Origin: Lichenicola sp.
GTDB lineage: Bacteria; Acidobacteriota; Terriglobia; Terriglobales; Acidobacteriaceae
Length of the DNA stretch: 64,000 bases
Reading direction: 5' to 3'
Assembly: GCA_964658635.1 (NCBI GenBank)
Contig: CAZZZP010000004.1
Location: 7,088-71,087 of the forward strand
Shown here in pieces: positions 8,451-17,741 of the stretch (positions within the stretch are counted from its first letter, which is position 1; each line of letters opens with the position of its first letter). The notes below the pieces were generated by a model, which ran no database searches, was not told the origin of the DNA, and saw only the letters and a list, made by a program, of their open reading frames with translations. Both the position numbers and the translations under genes were made by a program.

Positions 8451-11405
8451 CTACTCGCCAGTCGGCTGATGCGTCGTGTGCAGCGCACCCTCCGTCGTAG
8501 ACGACTGCTTCTGATAGAACCGCGCCAGCAGAGCAGACCGGTTCTTACGCAGGTCAAGCCCCGTCGTCACACGCTGCGGATACTCGCCCCCCATCAACCC
8601 GCGCCACAGCACCCGGTTATACGCCGCGCCATCCATGTGATCTTCGATAGAGAAATCGAAGCCCTTGGTAACATCCGCCCAGTACTCCCCCTTGTGCGTA
8701 GTCCGCATCGCCTCCTCGGTCGTCGAAGCAGGCTTCGGCGGCAGCGGGAGCTGCGTCCCGTAAAGCAGAGGCGAAGGAACAGCCGTATACGTCCAATCCT
8801 TCTGCCGCACATCGAACGCCGAAGCCATCGGGGCAGCCACTGCATCGTTCAGATTCAACTGCCCGATACCGAGAATGTCCTCCATCGTCCGCACAAAGTT
8901 CACCGTGTTGTACGTCTTCGACACCACCGCATGCTGCTTGACATACGGACCCACGATAAACGCGATGCTGCGATGCGCATCCACGTGATCGCCGCCATCC
9001 TGTGCATCATCTTCAATCACGAAGATCAGCGTGTTGTCCTTGTAAATACTGTGCGCCACCGTCTCTGCAACCAGGCCTACCGCATAGTCGTTGTCCGCCA
9101 CCTCAAGCTCCGGCGTGTTGATGCCCAGTAGCGCCGTACTGAAGTTGCCCGTGTGATCATGTGCCAGGCGAAGCAGCGTCAGCGAAGGCAGCCCACCGCT
9201 TCCATACGTCCCCGTAAACTCACGCTTCCACTCCTCAAACCGGTAGTAGTCGGGAAACGACTGGTCGAACCCGCGGAAGTAAGGATCGGTGAAAGGTGCA
9301 AGCGCCACGTTCGCCGGATAGGCCACACGCTTATGAGTCGCCGCAGGGTTCAAAATCTCCGGCACCGACAGTGCCGCATACGCCGCCGGAAGTTCATACC
9401 GCGTCAGGTCCAGCAGAAAACCATAGTTGCGTACCGTGAGTTTATTCCGCAGCGCCGCATCCCACAGATATCCCTGGTTGATCACGCCAGCCGGGCTGTC
9501 AGGTGCCGCAGTATCCGTCGTGCCGGGGAGCACGTCCGGATCGGCCGGAGTCAGCGGATTCGCGGCAACCCGCTCCGCAAGCGTCGGATACGCCACGTTG
9601 ATGTTGCGATTCGTGCCCTCGGAATCATACGAAAGACCACGCCCCGCATAGTTCACCGGCGTCTGCTTCTCCACCACATCCGGAGCCTGCGCCGACGTCG
9701 ACCACGGCCACCCATCCATGCTCACTTCACTCGAGTCATAGAAGTTGTCCAGGTCCACAAACTTGCGCGCAAGCTTATGCAGATTCGGCGTCACATTGCG
9801 GCCAAACTCCGTCAGCGCCGGATCCCCATTTCCCACCTCCAGGTCACCCAGCACCTGGTCGTACGTCCGGTTCTCCTTGATGATGTAAATCACATGCTTG
9901 ATCTTCAAGCGGAGAAACTGCATCGTCTCACGATCTTCTTCAGAGACCACGCGCTGGAAGTGATTGTTGTCCGCCACCAGCTCCGTCAGCTTGTTCAACT
10001 CACCCGGCGTAGGCGTCGGAAAGCTCTGGAACCCAGCCTTCACCAACTGCAGATCATATTGATTCGTAGCCGCACATGCCGCAGCCAGCGCCGTTGTCAC
10101 CCCATGGCAATTGCCCGGGTTCGGTCCCGTCGGCGACTTGCCATTCACCACATACACCTGCTTGCCATCCGCACTCACGCTGACCGAGTTCGGATACCAG
10201 CCCGTCGGGATCAACCCCTCCACACGGCTCTGTCCGATGTAAGAACTCAGCTTCACCACCGCCACGTTATTTGTGTTTCCATTGGTTACATAAAGCGTGC
10301 CCTGGTCCGGAGACAACGTCACGCTGTTCGTGTTCGTACCCTTCAGACCCGCACGCGACCCCGGCAACAAACCATAAGGAGCCGTAACCGAGATCGTCTC
10401 AAGCACCACATCGTTCTTCGTGTTGATCACAGCCACCGAGTCCGTCTCGTCCTCGGCCACGTACAGACGGCTGCCGTCAGCATTCGCCACCATCTTGTTC
10501 GGCTGACCCTTCACATGGATCCGGTTCGTCACCTGCGGTGTACCCGCCAGGCTCACGACATCAATCTCACGGTCACGCACGCTCGAAACAAAAGCAGTCG
10601 TCCCAACGATCGTCACCCAGAACGGATACTCACCACCCGCCATCCCCTTCTGCGTCGCGTTCACCTTGCCCGGCCGGAGATCCAGCTCGCCCGTCTTCGT
10701 AAACCCGCTCTGCCCCCTGCTCAGCAGGCTGATCGAGTCGTTGTAATAATCCGCGACGACCAGCGTCTTGCCGTCGGCCGTAATCGCAATGCCCGCAGCT
10801 TCCGGTGACACGGCAAGGCCATTCCCCGCCGCGTGCCCCAGGGTCACCGGACTGCCCGCCTCTTCCGCAAACAAGCCCGTCGCACCCGCCGCATACAGAT
10901 GCACATTGTCATTCTTTCCACCCGACACATAGAACGCGCTGCCATTCGGATCCCACACCACGCCCGCGTACGTATTCTCCACCTGCAACACCTGCTTCTG
11001 CACTGGCAGCGGCTTGCTGATGTCATACACAAACACGTACTCATTCGAGTCCGTCTTGTTCTCCGAGCCGGCGTAAGCGCCTGAAGGATAGTTATACAAG
11101 TTGTAGCCACTCGTCAGAATCAGCAGCGTCTTATGATCCGGGCTCGTCGCCGTCGTCACCGCCTGCCCCGCAAGCCACTGCGGGTTGTCCGCCAGTCCAG
11201 GATTCAGCGGCTCGAAGCGAGCCCCGCGAGGCGCAAGCGGAGTCAACGTCTGACCAGTATTCGGCAACACCTGCGCGGACACCGGCGCATCATCGTCATC
11301 ATCATCTTTCGCTTGGTGACTCTTCTGCGCAAGCAGCGAAACCGGAACAAGCAGCGGAAGCAGCGCGGCCGCGGAGATTGCACGGCAAAACATCTTGAGT
11401 CGCAT
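8451..11405 (-). CDS. secreted beta-propeller (YncE/YVTN-like) - phosphoesterase (PLC/AcpA-type) fusion protein
   Basis: 984 aa. It has a signal peptide, then an Asp6 run, then an N-terminal half with repeated propeller-like blades (DGKTLVVAD, DGSRLYVAE, DQGTLYVTN, DGKQVYVVN). The C-terminal half carries the phosphoesterase-family signature HVIYIIKENRTYDQVLGDL. Confidence 0.85.
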   Translation of the reverse strand: MRLKMFCRAISAAALLPLLVPVSLLAQKSHQAKDDDDDDAPVSAQVLPNTGQTLTPLAPRGARFEPLNPGLADNPQWLAGQAVTTATSPDHKTLLILTSGYNLYNYPSGAYAGSENKTDSNEYVFVYDISKPLPVQKQVLQVENTYAGVVWDPNGSAFYVSGGKNDNVHLYAAGATGLFAEEAGSPVTLGHAAGNGLAVSPEAAGIAITADGKTLVVADYYNDSISLLSRGQSGFTKTGELDLRPGKVNATQKGMAGGEYPFWVTIVGTTAFVSSVRDREIDVVSLAGTPQVTNRIHVKGQPNKMVANADGSRLYVAEDETDSVAVINTKNDVVLETISVTAPYGLLPGSRAGLKGTNTNSVTLSPDQGTLYVTNGNTNNVAVVKLSSYIGQSRVEGLIPTGWYPNSVSVSADGKQVYVVNGKSPTGPNPGNCHGVTTALAAACAATNQYDLQLVKAGFQSFPTPTPGELNKLTELVADNNHFQRVVSEEDRETMQFLRLKIKHVIYIIKENRTYDQVLGDLEVGNGDPALTEFGRNVTPNLHKLARKFVDLDNFYDSSEVSMDGWPWSTSAQAPDVVEKQTPVNYAGRGLSYDSEGTNRNINVAYPTLAERVAANPLTPADPDVLPGTTDTAAPDSPAGVINQGYLWDAALRNKLTVRNYGFLLDLTRYELPAAYAALSVPEILNPAATHKRVAYPANVALAPFTDPYFRGFDQSFPDYYRFEEWKREFTGTYGSGGLPSLTLLRLAHDHTGNFSTALLGINTPELEVADNDYAVGLVAETVAHSIYKDNTLIFVIEDDAQDGGDHVDAHRSIAFIVGPYVKQHAVVSKTYNTVNFVRTMEDILGIGQLNLNDAVAAPMASAFDVRQKDWTYTAVPSPLLYGTQLPLPPKPASTTEEAMRTTHKGEYWADVTKGFDFSIEDHMDGAAYNRVLWRGLMGGEYPQRVTTGLDLRKNRSALLARFYQKQSSTTEGALHTTHQPTGE

Positions 11406-11643
11406 GGGGAAGTCCTTCTATGGTGAATTCGAAGTTAAAAGAAAGGAGTTCTGCCGCCATGCCTTTGTGGCGCGCTTATAGGTACATCCTCTTTTCACAG
11501 GTCAGCCAGCAAACGTGCAGTCGAACGCACCAATCCGCAAACAGATCGGCAGCCTGTCCAAACTGAACCCCGGCCGTGACAACTTCACGAACAGAATGTT
11601 AAAAGCTCAGCCGTGCAGTCGATAGGCGACCCGCACCGCGTTC

Positions 11644-13572
11644 TTACCGGCTCCCGGTCCCCGCATTCTGCGCCTTCAGCCACGTATAAAGCGGCGCAAA
11701 ATAATCGAGCATCGGCTGCGCATCCAGATGATCCTCGCCCGTCATCTCCTTCAGCGTCTCCTGCCACGGTCGAGAAGCACCCGCCGCAAGCATCCGGTTC
11801 AGCCGTTCACCCGCCGCCTTCGACCCGTAGAAGCTGCACCGGTTTAACGGACCCTTGTACCCGCTCGCATCGCACATCGCCTTGTAGAACTGGAACTGGT
11901 ACACACGCGCCAGGAAGTAGCGCGCATAAGGCACATTCGTCGGCACATGATTCTTCGCACCCGCATCGAAGTCCGCCTCCGACCGATCCACCGGTGGCGC
12001 CACACCCTGGTACTTCGCACGCAGAGCCCACCAGGTCCTGTTATAGTCTGCCGGCTTAATCTCTCCCGAAAAGACCTCCCACCGCCACTTGTCGAGCGCA
12101 AGAGCAAACGGAAGAAACGCTATCTTGTCGAGCGCGGTCCGGAGTTGCAGCGGAATGTCAGCCTCCGCCGGTGGCTCCGAAGTAGCCAGCCCAAGCCCCT
12201 TCAAATAGGCCGGGGTGATCGAAAGCGCGACCGAGTCCCCAATCGCCTCGTGAAATCCATCGTTCGCGCCATTACGAAACAGAAACGGTTGCTTGTTGTA
12301 AGCCCGCTGATAAAAATTGTGCCCAAGTTCATGATGCACCGTCGTAAAGTAATCCGCATTTGCCTCGATACACATCTTCACCCGCAAGTCTTCAACCGAA
12401 TCCACATCCCACGCCGACGCATGACAAACCACATCGCGGTCCCGCGGATGCACAAACTGCGCCCGCTCCCAGAACGTCTTCGGCAGCGGCGCAAACCCCA
12501 GCGACGTGAAGAAGTTTTCGCCGTAGTGCACCATGTCGCGCCCCGCGGCAAGCTTCGCGTTATAACCCGCATCCGATGTAAGATCCGTTCCGGTTACAAA
12601 TGCCGGAGCCGCCGCCGGATCCTTCTCCGCAATCTGGCGCCGCAGCGCGGCTTCGAGATCGAGCGGCTTGAACTGCGCCAGCTTCGGATCGGTAGGCGCA
12701 ACAATGTCATAGATATTGCCCCACTCCTGCGCCCACATGTTGCCCAGCAGCTGCGCCGGGATCAATCCATCCGGCCGATCCGCCGCCTTGCCGTACTTCG
12801 CAATCAGCCGCGCCCGCACATACGTATGGAGCTCGCGATAAAGCGGCTCGAGCTGCGTCCACGCACGCTCCACCTCGGCTGAAAACTCGGCCGGCTTCAT
12901 GTCGTACCCCGCCCGCCAGAGCTCACCTGTATCGTGATAGCCAAGCTCCTTCGCACCCACATTCTGCAGCTCGATAAAACGCGCATACTTCCCGCGCATC
13001 GGCGCACCGATCGCATGCCACCCCGTCCAGAGCCGTGTCAGCTCTTCAGGATCCCGCGACTTCGCCATGATCCCCGAGATCTCGTCGATCCCCATGCACT
13101 TCCCGCCGCCCATGCAGTACTTGCCCTTGCCATACATGCCCGTCAGCTCAGCCGCAAGCTGCGACTGCTCCGCAAGCAGCTTCGGATCCTTGGGCGCCGC
13201 CGGCGTGTTCACCTGCAGCAGCATCAACTGCCGCCGCACATCGGCCGGCACCTGCACCCCATCGAACCGATGGCTCTCCGCAGACAGCTCCAGCGTCCGC
13301 CCCGTCGTCTGCTCGTTGATATGCGCCGACGTTGCCTCCGTGTCCTCGGTGATATCGGTCTCAGCCGTCCACTCCGCGTGCGAGGAATCCGTCTGCATCT
13401 TCAGCAGCTCCACATTCGCCCGATCGACAAACGCCTGCGCCTCCGCAGCCGTAGCAGGCTTCTGTGCCGAACCACTCTGAGACAAACAAGGCGCCACAAA
13501 ACAAGCAGCTGCCAACACAATGGGGAAGAACGAAAGGCGCATGGGCAAAAGTATAAATGTCGCTACAACCAT
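11644..13572 (-). CDS. M2 family (angiotensin-converting-enzyme-like) peptidyl-dipeptidase
   Basis: 642 aa with a signal peptide. The zinc motif HHELGHNFYQ plus a downstream HEAIGD is typical of peptidase M2. An alternative start at 13542 (MRLSFF...) is possible. Confidence 0.88.
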   Translation of the reverse strand: MVVATFILLPMRLSFFPIVLAAACFVAPCLSQSGSAQKPATAAEAQAFVDRANVELLKMQTDSSHAEWTAETDITEDTEATSAHINEQTTGRTLELSAESHRFDGVQVPADVRRQLMLLQVNTPAAPKDPKLLAEQSQLAAELTGMYGKGKYCMGGGKCMGIDEISGIMAKSRDPEELTRLWTGWHAIGAPMRGKYARFIELQNVGAKELGYHDTGELWRAGYDMKPAEFSAEVERAWTQLEPLYRELHTYVRARLIAKYGKAADRPDGLIPAQLLGNMWAQEWGNIYDIVAPTDPKLAQFKPLDLEAALRRQIAEKDPAAAPAFVTGTDLTSDAGYNAKLAAGRDMVHYGENFFTSLGFAPLPKTFWERAQFVHPRDRDVVCHASAWDVDSVEDLRVKMCIEANADYFTTVHHELGHNFYQRAYNKQPFLFRNGANDGFHEAIGDSVALSITPAYLKGLGLATSEPPAEADIPLQLRTALDKIAFLPFALALDKWRWEVFSGEIKPADYNRTWWALRAKYQGVAPPVDRSEADFDAGAKNHVPTNVPYARYFLARVYQFQFYKAMCDASGYKGPLNRCSFYGSKAAGERLNRMLAAGASRPWQETLKEMTGEDHLDAQPMLDYFAPLYTWLKAQNAGTGSR

Positions 13573-13871
13573 CCCGGCTTCCCGCTGGCCCGCTCAGGCG
13601 GGTCCTCCTTTTCGAACCAGCCAGGCTACCTTCCAAAATCATGCTCTCGTCAGATCGCAATGGCTATCGCGAACAGGATGATTGTGAAGCCGCCGTAGCC
13701 AGCATCGGCAAGGCAGATACGGCCCAAAACTGGGGAATGCGCATCTCAATCTTCAAATAGGGCGCGAAGTCGCACCCTGCATTGAGCTGAGTCGCTTCGT
13801 CTCCTCAATCCACTTCGCTTCCTCAGTCCTCAATTTTTCAGAGACCCCAACGCAACACGAATGCGCATAGC

Positions 13872-15143
13872 TCACGCAGCCTCTCTCTCCAGCCGCATCC
13901 CACCCGGTGCCGCAAGCGTCGCATAGCTTACCGCACCCGCCAGCGTCACCGCGCTGCACACCGTCAACGCAAATGTAAACGAGTGCGTCCGGTCCAGCAG
14001 CCAACCCGTCAGCACCGGCCCCGCCGACGCAATCATGAAGCTCGCAAAATTCTGCAGCGCGCTCAACGAAGCCACATACCGCGCCGGGCTCACCGCCTGC
14101 ACGTACCCCCAGCCCGACGTCCCCGCAAAGTGGATAAAGAACAGCGCCATGCTGATCCCCGCCACCGCCGTCGCCGTTGACCCGCTCCTCGCCACCAGCG
14201 CCGTACACCCCGCAGACAGCACCATCCCCACCACCAGGTTCACCCTGTGCACCGTCGTCAGCCGCACCCCGGCCGAGCCCACCCGGTCCGCCAGCGCGCC
14301 GCTCGAAATCATCCCCGCCGCCCCTGCCAGAAACGGAATCGCCGCCACCCACCCCGTCCGCGCCAGCGAAAGATGCCGCGCCGTCTGCAGGTATCCGGGC
14401 AGCCACGCCGTATAGAGCCAGTTCGTATAGTTGATCCCGCCAAACCCCAGCATCATCCCCCACACCGTCCGCTGCCGCAGCAGCGCAGCCCAGACGTTCT
14501 CAGTCGCTCCAGGCGTATGCTCCGCGAACCGCGTCTCGCCCCGCCCCCGATGCATCCCAATCCACGCCCCGGCCACCAGCAACCCCGAGGCTCCCAGCCC
14601 GATAAACATCCACCGCCAGCCCACCCGCAGCATCACCCACGTCAGCGCCGGCGGAGCAAACGCAAGCCCCAGCGTCTGCGACATGCTCATCGTCGCCGTC
14701 GCACGGCCCCGCGTCGCCGGAGAAAACCACTCCCGCACGCTCCGCACCCCCGTCGGATAAAACGGAGCCTCCCCTACCCCCAGCAGCACCCGCAGAGCAA
14801 GAAACACCGGCAGCCCGCGCACCAGCCCCGTCAGCATCTGCGCCGAGGACCACACCACCAGCCCCGCCCCCAGCACCTTCCTCGTCCCCGCACGATCCAG
14901 CAGCCCGATCAGCGGCAACTGCGCAAACCCGTACGCCAGCGAGAACGCCGACAGCAGCCAGCCCATCTCCGTCGCCGTCAGCCCCATCTCGCCGCGGATC
15001 GTATTGTTCGCCACCGACAGCGACGTCCGATCCATGAAGTTCACCACGCCGGCCGCAAACAGCAGCCCCAGCGTAACCACCTGGTGCCCCCGCAGCGACC
15101 GTGTCTGCCCGCGCAGGGGCTTGGCCTGCCCGTCGCCGCTCAA
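13872..15143 (-). CDS. MFS transporter (anion/sugar-acid type)
   Basis: 423 aa with about 12 predicted hydrophobic helices. It has an MFS loop motif (GLLDRAGTRKV). It starts 1 nt after the stop of the upstream methyltransferase gene. Confidence 0.85.
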   Translation of the reverse strand: MSGDGQAKPLRGQTRSLRGHQVVTLGLLFAAGVVNFMDRTSLSVANNTIRGEMGLTATEMGWLLSAFSLAYGFAQLPLIGLLDRAGTRKVLGAGLVVWSSAQMLTGLVRGLPVFLALRVLLGVGEAPFYPTGVRSVREWFSPATRGRATATMSMSQTLGLAFAPPALTWVMLRVGWRWMFIGLGASGLLVAGAWIGMHRGRGETRFAEHTPGATENVWAALLRQRTVWGMMLGFGGINYTNWLYTAWLPGYLQTARHLSLARTGWVAAIPFLAGAAGMISSGALADRVGSAGVRLTTVHRVNLVVGMVLSAGCTALVARSGSTATAVAGISMALFFIHFAGTSGWGYVQAVSPARYVASLSALQNFASFMIASAGPVLTGWLLDRTHSFTFALTVCSAVTLAGAVSYATLAAPGGMRLEREAA

Positions 15144-15144
15144 C

Positions 15145-16425
15145 CTACTCCACCCGGCAGATCACGCACTTCAGATACCCCGTCTCCGGCAGCGTCACAA
15201 TCGCCGGATGATCCGGAGCCGCCCCCCGCACCTCCAGCACCTGCACTCGCCGCTTCGCATCCGCCGCCGCATCCGCCAGCATTAGCTGGAAATCCTGCAA
15301 CGACACATGCTGCGAGCACGAGCACGTCACCAGCGTCCCGCCCGGCTCCAGCATCTTCAGCGCCCGCAGGTTCATCTCCTTGTACCCCCGCATCGCGCCC
15401 TCGAGCGCGCGCTTCGACTTCGCAAATGCCGGCGGATCGAGCACGATCGTGTCATACCGCGCCCCCGCCCCCTCGTACTCCCGCAGCAGGTCGAACGCAT
15501 CTGCCTCCATCCAGTCCACCTTCGCCTTGATCGCCAAAGCATTCAGCTCCAGGTTCGCATCCGCTACCTCGAGCGCCGCCCGGCTCGCATCCACCCCCGT
15601 CACCCGCTCGCACACCCGTGCCATGTGCAGCGCAAACCCGCCCTGGTACGTACACACATCAAGCGCCTTCCCCTTCGCCCGCACCGCCGCAGCCGCGTAG
15701 TTCAGCCGCTGGTCCAGGAAAGCCCCCGTCTTCTGCCCCGCCGTCGCGTCATAGCCAAACTGCAGCCCGTTGATCGTAAACACCGTCTGCAGCTTCTCTT
15801 CCCCACCAGCCGAGTAGAGCGCCTCCCGCGGCGACTCGCCTAGCTGCTCCACCACCCGTATCCGCGGATCCGGCCGCTCCACAATCGTCCTCACCCCCGG
15901 CACCCGCTCGCGCAGCACACGCGTCACCACCTCACGCACATCGTCCTGCGCCGTCCCCTGCACCAGCATCTGCAGAATCACCAGGTCGTTATACCGGTCC
16001 GCCACGATCCCCGAAACCTGATCCGCCTCCGAGAAAATCAGCCGGCAGGCATTGTTCTCGCTCGTCTCCGGAGCAAGCTCGCCGCGCAGCTCCACCGCCG
16101 CCGCCACCCGCAGCGCCAGCTCCCCAAGATACCCCTCTCGCGATACCCCACCCTCACTCGAAACCATCCGCAGCGTAATCTGCGAAGCCGCGCTGAACAG
16201 CGCACTCCCCAGCACCACCCCACGCCCGTCGAGCACCGTCACCACCGCCCCCGGCTCCATTCCCTCGCTCCCCGCCCCCGGCTGCACCTGCTCCACCTCG
16301 CCCCGGTAAACCCACACCGACCCCGTCCGCAGCCTCTCCACCGCACGCCGCGAAACCACCGCAGCCGCACCCCCCGCCCGAACCGAACCAACCCGCAACG
16401 GCCTCAACTCTTCCATCTTCGCCAT
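15145..16425 (-). CDS. class I SAM-dependent rRNA methyltransferase, RlmI-like (PUA + MTase)
   Basis: 426 aa. It has a SAM-binding region (LDVCTYQGGFALHMA) and the C-terminal motifs VLDPPAFAKSK and TCSCSQHVS, which are typical of the RlmI/RlmK-type m5C methyltransferases. Confidence 0.85.
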   Translation of the reverse strand: MAKMEELRPLRVGSVRAGGAAAVVSRRAVERLRTGSVWVYRGEVEQVQPGAGSEGMEPGAVVTVLDGRGVVLGSALFSAASQITLRMVSSEGGVSREGYLGELALRVAAAVELRGELAPETSENNACRLIFSEADQVSGIVADRYNDLVILQMLVQGTAQDDVREVVTRVLRERVPGVRTIVERPDPRIRVVEQLGESPREALYSAGGEEKLQTVFTINGLQFGYDATAGQKTGAFLDQRLNYAAAAVRAKGKALDVCTYQGGFALHMARVCERVTGVDASRAALEVADANLELNALAIKAKVDWMEADAFDLLREYEGAGARYDTIVLDPPAFAKSKRALEGAMRGYKEMNLRALKMLEPGGTLVTCSCSQHVSLQDFQLMLADAAADAKRRVQVLEVRGAAPDHPAIVTLPETGYLKCVICRVE

Positions 16426-16493
16426 GCATCCATCGTCGCACGCATCGGCCCGCAGACAGCCGCCCCGCCTACAATGGAAAAGACAGGAATCCT

Positions 16494-17702
16494 TTGAAAA
16501 CCGTAGACGTCCTCATCCTCGGAGCCGGAGCCGCCGGCCTCATGGCCGCCATCGAAGCCGGCAAACGCGGCCGCCGCACCCTGGTCCTCGACCACGCCGA
16601 CCGGCCCGGCAAAAAAATCCTCATCTCCGGCGGAGGCCGCTCCAACTTCACCAACCTCAACACCGCACCCGAAAACTTCCTCTCGGAAAACCCCCACTTC
16701 GCACGCTCCGCCCTCGCCCGCTACACCCCCCACGACTTCATCGCGCTCGTTGAAAAACACGCTATCCCCTACCACGAGAAGACCCTCGGCCAGCTCTTCT
16801 GCGACCGCTCCGCCCACGACATCGTCAATCTCCTCACCCGCGAGTGCGCCGCCGCAAACGTCACCCTCCAACTCGAAACCACCGTCCAGAGCGTCACCCG
16901 CAACACCACCTCCTTCGAAGTCGAAACCAGCACCGGGACAATCCACGCCGAATCCGTCATCGTAGCCACCGGAGGCCTCTCCATCCCCAAAATCGGCGCC
17001 ACCGGCCTCGGCTACGACATCGCCCGCCACTTTGCCCTCGCCCTCGTCGAACCCCGCCCCGCCCTCGTTCCCTTCACCTTCGCACCCGAAGACCGCGACC
17101 GCTGGTGCGATCTCTCCGGAGTCTCCACCGAAGTCATCGTCACCACTGCCTCTGCAGCCACAAAATCCAGACGCCCGGCCGCACCAGCCAGCTTCCGCGA
17201 GAAACTCCTCATCACCCATCGCGGCCTCAGCGGCCCCGCCGCCCTCCAGATCTCCTCCTACTGGCAGCCCGGCCAGCCCATCGCGGTCGATCTCGCCCCC
17301 GGCCGCCAGGTCCTCGGCCCGCTCACCCAGCCCGGCTCCCGGCGCGACCCATCGGCCGCCATCTCCTGCGTCCGTGCCCTCCTTCCCGCACGCTGGTCAG
17401 AGCGCTGGCTCGCCCTCAACCCACCGCCCCCCGCCAAAGACCTCTCAAACGCCGCCATCGAACAGCTCGAGGCCGACCTCCACGCCTGGCAGATCACCCC
17501 CGCCGGCACCGAGGGCTTCGTCAAAGCCGAGGTCACCGCAGGCGGAGTCTCCACCTCCGAACTCGACCCACGCACCCTCGAATCCCGCAAAGTCCCAGGC
17601 CTCTACTTCATCGGCGAGGTAGTCGACGTCACCGGCTGGCTCGGAGGCTACAACTTCCAATGGGCCTGGGCCTCCGGCTTCTGCGCCGGCCAATCCGCCT
17701 AG
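16494..17702 (+). CDS. NAD(P)/FAD-dependent oxidoreductase, BaiN/HI0933-like family
   Basis: 402 aa. It has the N-terminal dinucleotide fold VLILGAGAAGLMAAIEAGKRG followed by ILISGGGRSNFTN, and a C-terminal GEVVDVTGWLGGYNFQWAWASG. Confidence 0.88.
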   Translation: MKTVDVLILGAGAAGLMAAIEAGKRGRRTLVLDHADRPGKKILISGGGRSNFTNLNTAPENFLSENPHFARSALARYTPHDFIALVEKHAIPYHEKTLGQLFCDRSAHDIVNLLTRECAAANVTLQLETTVQSVTRNTTSFEVETSTGTIHAESVIVATGGLSIPKIGATGLGYDIARHFALALVEPRPALVPFTFAPEDRDRWCDLSGVSTEVIVTTASAATKSRRPAAPASFREKLLITHRGLSGPAALQISSYWQPGQPIAVDLAPGRQVLGPLTQPGSRRDPSAAISCVRALLPARWSERWLALNPPPPAKDLSNAAIEQLEADLHAWQITPAGTEGFVKAEVTAGGVSTSELDPRTLESRKVPGLYFIGEVVDVTGWLGGYNFQWAWASGFCAGQSA

Positions 17703-17741
17703 CCACGCATCACGTCTGCTGCAGCAGGAACAACCCGCACC

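Noticed and set aside
9153-10808. 551-aa Arg/His/Leu-rich ORF on the + strand
   Set aside because: It lies antisense to the well-supported propeller-phosphoesterase gene. Its composition (very Arg/Pro/His-rich) is typical of out-of-frame or antisense reading of high-GC DNA.
14247-15530. 427-aa Pro/Arg/His-rich ORF on the + strand
   Set aside because: It lies antisense to the MFS and methyltransferase genes and is a low-complexity shadow ORF. The same reasoning applies to 18015..19478, 23821..24930, 25733..27133, 31639..32949, 32956..34200, 35589..36755, 45193..46053 and 62238..63761.
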